Positions 45,957-56,957 of a stretch of 64,000 bases of DNA are shown here, one piece after another. The DNA is from the human T2T-CHM13v2.0 reference genome, Homo sapiens. The notes under the pieces are model-generated. The model was not told where the DNA came from. It was given only the letters and a program-made list of their open reading frames with translations, and did not search any database. Both the position numbers and the translations under genes were made by a program. The stretch's first letter is position 1; every line of letters starts with the position of its first letter. Location of the stretch: assembly GCF_009914755.1 (NCBI RefSeq), contig NC_060947.1; one strand, written 5' to 3'.

Positions 45957-46406
45957 TGTCAGGTTTTGAAGAGAAGGCGAGGATGAAAGAAAGACACACA
46001 GAGATGGGGCAGCTCAAACAGCAACACAGGAATATTGCAGAAACTTGTGGAAGTGGGGGAACAGCTTAATGCCAGATCCCACCACTGCTTACAGCCTGGG
46101 GTACTTACAGGTATGGGTGGGAGGGATCTGGGCAGTATGGCTTGCTGCCAGGCAGGATATTGATAAGATGTTCTTATGATCAGGTGGTTTGGCCCTTTTT
46201 CTGGTGGAATATCATTGTGGTGTTCCTTAGAACTTTGCCAAGCAAGATATGATAGGGATGTTTCTTTAGTTGGGCCTTTGTCCGCCTTGTGGACAGGTGG
46301 TTAGGCAGGATGTTTCTCACGGCCTGAACCCCCATGGGATGTTTCACTTTGACCAAGGTCTGCAAAATGGCAAAGAACTTACAAAATGGTGCACTTTGGA
46401 CTAACA
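45957..46406 (-). repeat. Proviral 5' LTR
   Basis: tgtcaggttttgaagag...ttggactaaca, colinear with 38593-39038. Confidence 0.92.
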
Positions 46407-46594
46407 GGTGACCCTACCCATGCTCCTCTTCTTCTTCCCCATAGATCCCTACCCTATGATTCAACCTTGTTCTTCTCTGGCACACACCCCTTCCTCCACC
46501 TGCATTCCTTCTCATAAAGCCCCCCTTGCTATCCAGTCTCTATCCTATTCACCCAAAATAATGTCTTTCTGGCCTCTCCCTGTTTTCTTAACAG

Positions 46595-46738
46595 ATGCAG
46601 GAGACACCAAACAGGGACTTAGCCCCCGAACCGAGTTTGAAAAAGATGAAAACGTCAGAATATTCAACAGTATTAGCGTTTTGCTACAGGAAAGCTAAGA
46701 AAATACATTCAAATCAACTGGAGAATGACCAGTCCTGA
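46595..46738 (+). CDS. SPANXN1: SPANXN1 coding exon 2 (MQETPNRDLAPEPSLKKMKTSEYSTVLAFCYRKAKKIHSNQLENDQS*)
   Basis: Polypyrimidine tract and acceptor ttttcttaacAG|ATG; in frame with exon 1, giving 72 aa; TGA at 46736-46738. Confidence 0.92.
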   Translation: MQETPNRDLAPEPSLKKMKTSEYSTVLAFCYRKAKKIHSNQLENDQS

Positions 46739-46774
46739 GAGAACTCCATCAATCCAGTCCAAGAGGAGGAGGAC

Positions 46775-47037
46775 GAAGGCCTAGACTCAGCTGAAGGATC
46801 TTCAAAGCAGGATGAAGACCTAGACTTACCTGAAGGCCTAGACTCAGCTGAAGGATCTTCAAAGCAGGATGAAGACCTAGACTTACCTGAAGGATCTTCA
46901 AAGCAGAATGAAGACCTAGGCTTACCTGAAGGATCTTCAAAGCAGGATGAAGACCTAGACTTACCTGAAGGATCTTCACAGGAGGATAAAGACGTAGAAT
47001 TACCTGAAGGATCTTCACAGGAGGATGAAGACCTAGA
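46775..47037 (+). repeat. SPANX-N 39-bp minisatellite (EGSSKQDEDLDLP-like units), downstream of the stop codon
   Basis: About 6 copies of gaaggatcttcaaagcaggatgaagacctagacttacct; includes an exact 57-bp duplication (46775-46831 and 46832-46888). Confidence 0.92.
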
Positions 47038-47544
47038 GAAAAAGCGATCATCTAGGTCAAGAAATGAAATAGAAATTTCAGAAATTACAGAAATTCTCCA
47101 AGGAAGGAGCCAGATAAATAAATATTCTGATTTCATTTTCCTCCTTCTCCAGTGATCTGCAGGGACCTACCATTCACTAAAACTAACCCGAAGCCATAGA
47201 ACAAGACAGCTTATTAATACAGTCCATGGTTTATATGAGTAGATTTTTAGCAGCACAAAGTAGAGTGGAGAATGGATCTGGTGAAGCAAATGGACGATAT
47301 ATTGAGAACACTGAACTCAGAGAAGCAAAAGCCTCAGGAGAGATCATACTGTCTTTCTTCAACTCTCTGATATGGTGTCATGTGGAATCAGGCCAGACTT
47401 ACACTTTTTGAGTGCCATACCTATGATTAGTAGGACCACAGTAGGGAACTTAGGGGAAAGTGGCATAAACTCCCTTAGGCAGTTGATGTGGATGAGTTTG
47501 TCCTGGAAAAGCTGTTTACAAAATGATCAACTGTAATTTTGCTC

Positions 47545-48471
<927 letters not shown>

Positions 48472-49177
48472 AGCTCTTTCCTGTGGGTGTGAATATCTCA
48501 CCATGCCTGTTACTCTCTACATCAAAATGTCTAACACTTGCTACCATATTTCCCTGGTGTAAAGGAGAAGGTTGTTGGGTTTTTTAAGCTTGATGTCATT
48601 TGAAAAATAAGAGTTATGTTATATAAAAACTTGAACAGTGGCAAGGATGTGTGGTAGCTTGACTGCTAATTTCCTGAAAGTTCAGATTTGAACTTGTTTG
48701 CTGTGGTATCATCTGGAAATAGCATGGAGCCTGACACACAACAGGCAATTAGTAAATACTTGCTGAATGATGGCACAAGCATGGACAGTGAAGTGTAGCA
48801 TGGTGATGAGAAAAAAACACTGATAGTGACTCATATTATATAAGGTTCTAGCCCCAGCTGTGGTTATAACTAAAAATATAATCTTGAGCTAGTTAAAGAA
48901 ACACCCTTTAAATGTGATGTCCAAGTACCTAATTCCATTAATTTAGATGTAATTGCTAAATGTTTGGGTCTATGTAGCACATTAATCTAAGTGCAAAAAC
49001 ATCCAAAATATCCAAGATAATGGAATAAGTCTCTCTAGTTGAAAGTTTAATACAATGCTGAGGCTGATATCTACTCAAAAAGTTGAGGATGTTATTTACT
49101 CAAAAAAATTTCTAGGCATAGATAGTAGATATAATGATCTTAATTATATTATTATTTTCATTTTACACAACCTTAAT

Positions 49178-49715
49178 TTTTTTCTCGAGTTTTATTTTAG
49201 CTACGGGGGTACAAGTGCTGGTTTGTTACATGAATATATTGCACTCAGATAGTGATTCTAGTACCCAATAGGTAGTTTTTTCACCCGTGCCCTCCTCCCT
49301 CCCTCCCCCATCTAGTAGTTTCCAGTGTCTATTGTTTCTACATTTATGTCCATTTGTGCTATTTAATCCCTGCTTGTAAATGAGAACATCTGGTATTTGG
49401 TTTTCTGTTACTACATTAATTCACTTAGGATTATGGCCTCCAACTCCATCCATGTTGTTGCAAAGGACATAATTCCATTGTTTTTTATGGCTGCATATAA
49501 TTCCGTGGTGTATATGTACCACATTTTATTTATCCAATCTACCTATTTATGGGCACCCAGGTTGATCCCATGCATTTGCTATTGTGAATAGTGTGGTGGT
49601 GAGCACACGAGTGCATGTGTCTTTTGATATAATGATCTATTTTCCTTTGAGTATATACCCAGTAATGGGATTACTGGGTCAAATGGTAGCTCTATTTTAA
49701 GTTCTTTGAGAAACA
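49178..49715 (-). mobile_element. L1PA/PB 3' end fragment
   Basis: Reverse L1 3' UTR (atggcctccaactccatccatgttgttgcaaaggac). Confidence 0.85.
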
Positions 49716-49780
49716 GCCTAATTTTTAAAAGACCTCAAAAGATAAATTTACTTTAGTAAACTTTAAATCAATGCACATTT

Positions 49781-50090
49781 TGGCCAGGCGCAGTGGCTAA
49801 CGCCTGTAATTCCAGCACTTTGGGAGGCTGGGGTGGGCAGATTACTTGAGGTCAGGAGTTTGAGACCAGCCTGGGCAACATGGCGAAACCCCATCTCTAC
49901 CTAAAATACAAAAATAATAGCCGGGCATGGTAGTGTGTGCCTGTGGTCTCCACTACTCAGGATGATGAGGCAGGAGAATTGAGTCGAAAGGGAGGAGGTT
50001 GCAGTGAGCCAAGAGTGAGCCACTGCACTCCAGCCTGGGTAACAGAGTGAGACCTTGTCTCAAAAAATAAATAAATAAATAAACAAATAA
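49781..50090 (+). mobile_element. Alu
   Basis: Dimeric Alu with (TAAA)n tail; TSD aatgcacattt. Confidence 0.92.
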
Positions 50091-50495
50091 AATAATGCAC
50101 ATTTAAATGAAGAATATATCTTTGCCTTGAAATGCTTCACTAAATGTGAATAACACTACTAATAATACTAATGATATCTAACATTTTCAAATAATTATGT
50201 CTAACATTTATTTAGCATTTCCTAAATATCAAGCACTTCATATGCATAAGGTAATTTAACCCTCATAAAAAGCTTATGATTCTGGTAGTTTTGCTATCAG
50301 CATCCTTAGGGAATGAGAAATGGAGGCCACATAGCCAGCGGTGAAATAGAGATTCAAACCCAGACAGTCTTGAATACAGAGGCTGAATTGGTATCTATTC
50401 ACTATAAATATTATATCTTGACTTTTCCTCAGAAAGCTCATGGTAAATGCACATGTTTTCTGCCATATAAATTCAAAGATACCATGATTTCATAC

Positions 50496-50578
50496 TGATA
50501 TGGTCTGGTTCTGTATCCTTACCCACATCTAATCTTGAATTGTAATCCAAATTGTAATACCCACATGTTGGGGGAGGG
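50496..50578 (+). mobile_element. 5' fragment of a THE1/MST LTR
   Basis: tgatatggtctggttctgtatccttacccacatctaatcttgaattgtaatcc resembles the MaLR LTR start at 31600. Confidence 0.7.
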
Positions 50579-50580
50579 AG

Positions 50581-51316
50581 TATACATAAAGAGGGTGGGG
50601 CCCCGGGCTATACTACTGCTTGACATCAACATGGAAGAGGTAACTGGCAAACCGGAGTTGCCTAACACAGCTATGGATCAACCAACACCAGACATGCAAC
50701 AACCAACCACAGACACCAAAGGAAAGAAGAATGAATATCCCATATGAACTCAAGTCCAGAGACAGTGGCAAGGTCAGATCAAGCTGCCCATGTTCTTTCT
50801 CTGTCCCCTTAACTATATTACCACTTCCAAGACTCCTACCTTAACCTTATGTGGTATGTATCCCCTCCTCAGCCCATAACCAGGTTCAGTAAACCCTCCT
50901 TCCTATGCATTTCACATTCTCTTCTCCTAAATCACTGCCTTATGGGAAGAGGACCTGACAGCACCCTGTTTCCCTACCAGGTGCAGGAGATAATCATAAA
51001 AGTAAAAGTAGCCAGTAGTTTTTCAAGGGTGTTCAAGAGAAAAATCTCTAAGAACTACCATCTCTTGAAGCAATCCTACATCAGCCAAAGGCCAAAACTA
51101 TTCGGTCATTATTACAGGCCCAATGAGAAAGTGAATCAAAATCAGGGAGACTAAGACTAAGAAAACCTGGGGTTTTCTTCGAGTGAAGTGTGCATCCTGT
51201 GACTGCAGAGTGAAGAACAGACCTCTCAAAAAGTTCTTCTGTCTCCAGAGGTATGGCTGCTGAGAAATGACTAACAATGTAGAGGTTAAATCTTCCACAG
51301 TGATGATTAAAATAAA
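50581..51316 (+). pseudogene. Diverged SPANX-N-like two-exon pseudogene (exon 1 ends 50772; intron 50773-50980; exon 2 starts 50981)
   Basis: TATACATAAA at 50581; ATG 50694 'MQQPTTDTKGKK'; donor AAG|GTCAGA; acceptor ctgtttccctaccAG|GTGCAGGAG; exon 2 VQE...LFGHYYRPNEKVNQNQGD*; AATAAA at 51311; +1 frameshift near 50730. Confidence 0.72.
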
Positions 51317-51574
51317 ATCAACAAGTTGTAAAAGCCCCTAAGTTTTCAGTTGAATTGTGTCATCCATATGTGTATGTGTCTCTGCAAGTTATCTGATGGT
51401 GGAGAAAGAGAAAGGAAGCAAGTGGTGTGAGAAGGGAGGCAAGAGGGGTTCTGCAGGGTTAGGGGCCAAACTGGCAGGTCCACAGCCAGATATTGAGAAT
51501 AAAGACTGGGTCAAGACTATACATGAAAGACAATTGCTAATCCAAATGCAAGAAGGAAAATGGCATGGTATTGC

Positions 51575-51577
<3 letters not shown>

Positions 51578-51620
<43 letters not shown>
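51578..51620. repeat. (TG)n microsatellite
   Basis: About 21 perfect TG units. Confidence 0.97.
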
Positions 51621-51622
<2 letters not shown>

Positions 51623-51884
51623 ATAGTGGCATTGGTAGTAGATGTCAGGGTCTAGATCACCAAAACCCAAATGAGGTTAAATGCCAGCTATCTGCAATTT
51701 TCTGGACTCTTGCTCAACCTGCTCTCTTCCCATCTCCAATCTCAGTTGAAGAGGTATTTTTCCTTCAGTCTGAGGCAAATCCCATTTGTTACCACCTCTT
51801 CAGGGAATTTAATTCATAAATGTTCTATCACCTGTTTCTTCAATCTTGTCTACCAGCTTCTTATTCCTTCTTGTCAACATTTGT

Positions 51885-52520
51885 TTTTTTATATATATAA
51901 CTTCAACTTTTGTTTTAGATTCAGGGGGGTACCTGTGCAGGTTTGTTACCTGGGTACATTGAGTGATGCTGAGGTTTGGTGTACAAACAATCCCATCACC
52001 CAGGTAGTGAGCATAGTACCTAATGGTTTGTCAACACTTGCTCCACTCTTTCCCTCCCCACTCTAGTAGTCTCCAGTGTCTATTGTTCCAATCTTTATGT
52101 CCATGAATACCCAGTGTTTTGCTCCTGCTTATAAATGAGAACATGTAGAATGTAGTTTTCTGTTCCTTTGTTAATTCGCTTAGGATAATGGCTTCCAGCT
52201 GCATATGTGTTGCTGCAAAGGATATTATTTCACTCATTTTTATGGCTGCATAGTATTTCATGTTATATATGTACCACATTTTTTTAAATCCAATCCACCA
52301 TTGATGGACACCTGGATTGATTCCATGACTTTGCTATTGTGAATAGTACTGTGATGATCACACACGTACGTGGGTCTTTTTGGTAAAACAATTGATTTTC
52401 ACTTGGATATATACCCAGTAATGGGATTGCTGGGTGGAATGGCAGTTCTGTTTTAAGTTCTTTGATAAATTTCCCAATAGTTTTCCATAGTGGCTTAAGT
52501 AATTTACATTCTTACATTCA
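51885..52520 (-). mobile_element. L1PA/PB 3' end fragment
   Basis: ORF 52031-52279 'MQLEAIILSELTKEQK' is the L1 ORF2 C-terminus; reverse 3' UTR. Confidence 0.88.
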
Positions 52521-53064
52521 AAAATGCTCAGTCACTCCCACTATTGAACAAAATGCAAAACAAGCAAAGCAAACACACCCTCCCACCACCCGGCGTCTCC
52601 CTCTAGGTAGTAACCTACTTCTCTGTACAGCAGCACTTGTAGATTCTAGTTGGAGATGTCTAGAATCTAGGAAGAGTACTTTATACAATGTTGTCTTCCA
52701 ATACTCAATTAACATTACTTCCACAGTTAACTGTAGTCAACATTTTGCTTCTCCCTTACCAACGACATGCTCCTAGCAAAGCTATCTGTGTTTTGTGGTG
52801 ACAGTAATTGAGGTTAGAAAGGTATGGAAGAAAGTTCTGTGTTTCACAAAAGGTAGGGATAATACCTGATACAGACTAGCTCAGTAAAAACTTTAGGAAG
52901 GAAGGAAAGAAGAGGTATTGTTGGGAAACAAATCGAATTTTAAACAAATCTCCTCTCAACCCAGAAAGCCTTTCTACGAAGATAGAAGAGAAAGAAAACA
53001 GTTTTATTATTGGATAAACATTAAACCAAAATGTGGTGCACATCACAAGCAATCCACTAACTTC

Positions 53065-54190
53065 CTAAGAACCAAAAATCAAGTGAGCACTCCTCGTACC
53101 TCATTTTAATTTCATATCCCTGAAAGAGGCACTGAAGAGAGAAAAAAATAGTCGTGAATTGCTGATGCCACCCCTCTCACACCCTAGCAGCAGCAGTGGC
53201 AAGGTACAGAGAACATCACTGAGCACCGGGAAAGGGAGAATACAGCAAGTTGTGAGGCATTAAACTCAGTGCTTTCCTGTTAGAGCAGAAAGGAAAACCA
53301 GACCAAACTAAGCTGACACCTGCCCACGGAGGGAGCATTTAAACCAGCCCTAGCCAGAGGGGAATTGCCAATCCCAGGGGTCTAAACCTGAATTCTCACA
53401 AACCTCACCACTGAGGGCCAGAGTGCTGTGTCTCCAAGTAAACTCAAAAGACAGTCTAGGCCAAAAGGACTGCCATTCTTAGGTGAGTCCTGCTGAACTA
53501 GGCCCAGAGATAGTGGACTGGCAGAGTGTGCAGCATACTGAGACACCAGCTAGAGCAATCAGAGGAGTGCTGACATCACCCTCCCCCAGCCCCAGGCTAC
53601 ACAGTTCGGTGTCCAAGAGAGACCCCTTTCTTCTGCTTGGGGAGAGGAGAGAGAAGAGTGGGGAGGACTGTGTCTTGCACCATGGATATCAGTTGAGCCA
53701 CGGCAGGATATGGGACCAGTCAGAATCATTAGGCCCCCGTTCCCAGTCCCAGCTCCCAGATAACATTTCTAGATACATCTTGGGCCAGAAGGAAATCTGC
53801 TGCCATGATGGAAAGGATCCAGTCTCAGCAGCGTTTATTATCTGCTAACTAAAGGACCCTAGGGGCCCTGAATAACCAGCAACAATACCCAGGTACTACA
53901 TCCAGGATGAGCCTCTGAGAGTTGCTCTCTTCAAGTACAAACATGATCAAAGGGGAGTAGAGCACCAGGTGGCCTCTGAGGATCCCTGATTCCAGGACTT
54001 TAGTCTTGGATAGCTTTTCTGGATCTACCCTGGGCCACAGCAGGGGCTAGTGCACTGAAAGGTTAGTCCCAGGCCAGGCAGCATTCAGCACAAGCTGACT
54101 TAAGAGCCCCTTAAGGGAATATCAGTGGAAGTTTAGTAGTACTCCTTCTGGCCTGGGTTGGCAGTGGATACAGGGTGAGGCTCCTCTGCT
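53065..54190 (+). mobile_element. L1 5' UTR fragment (L1PB/L1MA-type)
   Basis: agaaccaaaaatcaagtgagcactc...gcatttaaaccagccctagccagagggg...; GC-richer L1 promoter-type sequence. Confidence 0.6.
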
Positions 54191-56720
54191 GGAGCAGGTG
54201 AACACACAGAATCAATAGACAAGTCCGTTTTACAACCATATTTTCCTGCTTCTAGTCCCTGACTACCAGTTCCTGGCTCCCATACTGCTCAAAAGGGTTT
54301 CAAGGACCAATGGGTGCTCGCCCAAATCCACCCTCTTCCAGCCCAGAACATATAACTGTCTATAAGTCCTCTGACTCCAAGTCCTCCAGCCATAGGGGTT
54401 CCACTAAGGGACATGATAGACCCAGGGCAGGTAGCACGCCACCCCAGCCTTGGCACAGGACAAAATAAAAGCTTGGACACTGACGCTGCCTCCAGCACAC
54501 ACTGACAAAAAGGAATGAAATGAAATCTGAAATTAAAATCCATAGCCCCCAACACAATGAAGCCATGCCCACTTACTGGCCAAAGGGAATGGAGTTTGGT
54601 AGGCACCCACCAGACCCCAAAACCTTTCTAAGCAATATGAATCAAAAGCAAAAGCCAAAATAAGATTACACATTGAGAAAAACAAGAGAATAGAATTAAG
54701 CTATAGTGGGAGAAAACACTGCTCCCAAGGACCTTTAAGACAAAACATTTTAACATTGGGCCATAATAGCAGTCATAACCAAAGGGGAAAAACTCACTGG
54801 AGCGGGCATAAAAGCCAAAGGGAAGAGTTACAGGAATCTCAGAAGATTTCCAAATAAATAGGTTTCAAAGTTGAAAAGCCAAATTTCTGGTAATTTCGTG
54901 AATTAATATCAAAACTAAATTTGGCTCTGCTATATAGACCATTTTCGAGAAAGCCTATCACAAACGATTTTCTTTAATCATAGCAAGTTTAATCGTCCAC
55001 AAATTTTCTTTTATAAATTCCCCTTTCTGAACAACTAACACAGACCATCTATAATGTGCTTGAACTTTCTGAGTTGTCCTATACTACCTCTTTGTTAAAT
55101 AAAACCAGTCATTTTACTCTAGGGCAAGAATGTACTATAAAAGATCCCTCCTCATACAAAACTACTCTTTTTTTATATCCTTCTTTGCAAACAAACAAAT
55201 ACATTTTCTACCCATAACTTTCTTTATATCTCTCTTTTCTACCCACAGATTCCCTCGTATTTTGAACCTCCCTTTTGATAACTTCAAAGTTAAGCAAATA
55301 ATATATTTATTTTTTCTCAATAAATAATATACTATTTTTTTTTTTCCTGGCCGGGTGCGGTGGCTCACACCTGTAATCCCAGCACTTTGGGAGGCCAAGG
55401 CAGGCGGATCATGAAGTCAGGAGTTTGAGATCAGCCTGACCAACATGATGAAACCCCATCTCTACTAAAAATACAAAAATTAGCCAGGCGTGGTGGCATG
55501 CTCCTGCAATCCTAGCTATTCAGAAGGCTGAGGCAGGAGAATCCTTAGAACCCAGGAGGCAGAGGTTGCAGTGAGCCAAGATAGCGCCATTACACACCAG
55601 CCTGGGAGACAAAGCAAGACACCATCTCAAAATAAATAAATAAATAAATACACTTTTTTGGCACATTTTATGTAAGCCTAGGAAGGAAGAAGTCCTGAAC
55701 TATTCATTTTACATTGGCATTCTATAGATGAGAACCATTCTACCATTTTAAGATTTTAACCGCGCAACTAGCTCACAATTTAAGCACCTATTTCATTCAC
55801 TTGTATTTAGCTCTTTAACTTTTAACAGTTTTATCTAGACTTCCTCCAAGATCCAAGATACCACAAAAAGTTAGTCATCATTTAAAGCATCTTAATCATT
55901 TTAAAGCCTGTGAACATCAGTAATTTACCTATGCAAATATCTTCAAGTTAAATTTTAGAAGAGAGAACATTCTCTTGAAACTAATAAGCTTTGACTAGTC
56001 TTACTTATGAGTGCTCTTTTATTTATAAGCCAATTTCATAACATGCTAGACACAACACACATCATAATACTTGTATATATACCTAAACAAACATAGTAAA
56101 TAAAACAACCTATACAAGACAACTGGATTCAAGTCATTTACAAAACTATTACCAATCTACCTGGCCAAATTTTGTTTGCCATAATAGGTGTGGAAAACAG
56201 GAAGACACAGGAAAGCGAATCCTGCAGCATCAAATATGGAAGGGAGGGTGCAAACTGCATTGCTCAGGGGAAACCCTGGAGTCCCTGAGCCACCAGAGAA
56301 CTCACACAATAGTGGAGACACTGAAGAAAAATGTTTGGGCAGCTGCTTGTCTGCCACTGCGTGAAGCTTTCTGATGGGTCCAGGGTCCAAGACTCCCAGC
56401 AAACTTACTTCAGCAAGGCAGCTTATTGAGGCTGGTGGAATAAGGTTAGCTCTAGTATTGATAGGGAGCTTTTGTTTTCCTCTCACCAGGGATAGTTAGG
56501 ACATTTTCATTGCCAATGGCCCTTTTGCTTATAGTAGGCACACTGATTCTGCCCTAGGTGCTAGTGAGTTGACGGTTCTTGTCTAGGCATCCCAGATGCT
56601 TATTTGGCAACATTTTCTCAAAATGAATATCCCTGCAGGGGCAGGGGGATTAAAGTAACTGTTTGTAATTGTACTTTTTGGATTTTTTTCTTTATTTTTC
56701 CCTCTTTTGCCCTGTTCTTA
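54190..56720 (-). mobile_element. ERV1 internal fragment (MER4-group-like) with a nested Alu (+, 55349-55648)
   Basis: Typical non-coding ERV1 internal sequence (ttttcttttataaattccccttt, ccaaattttgtttgcc); the Alu is clear, the ERV family is uncertain. Confidence 0.55.
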
Positions 56721-56957
56721 TTGCTGTAAACTTTAAAGGGTATGTTTAAGAGTTGGCATATAGGGGTATGAGTTCCCATTGCTGCTTTTTTATGATCACC
56801 TCAAAATAGGTTTAGTCCTCCTGCTTTATACTTTTATAGGCTTTTACATTTATATATTTATGCTTGCATTAGTATTATCAATAGTAATAGTAGTAGCTGG
56901 CACTTATTGAATGATTACTGTATGTCACATACTGTGGCAGGCACTTAAAAATGATCT

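Larger units (their letters stand above)
38593..46406 (-). mobile_element. Near full-length class I (gamma-like, HERV-F/H group) provirus, antisense in the SPANXN1 intron
   Basis: Two homologous ~450-bp TG..CA LTRs, PBS, PPT, and gag/pro/pol/env remnants in the correct order on the minus strand. Confidence 0.95.

Noticed and set aside
46714-47136. 140-aa and 100-aa minus-strand ORFs with repeated units
   Set aside because: Antisense shadows of the frame-preserving 39-bp SPANX-N minisatellite; no independent gene signals
50849-51154. 101-aa ORF as a stand-alone gene
   Set aside because: Its first 44 codons lie in the inferred intron; only 50981-51154 is exon-like
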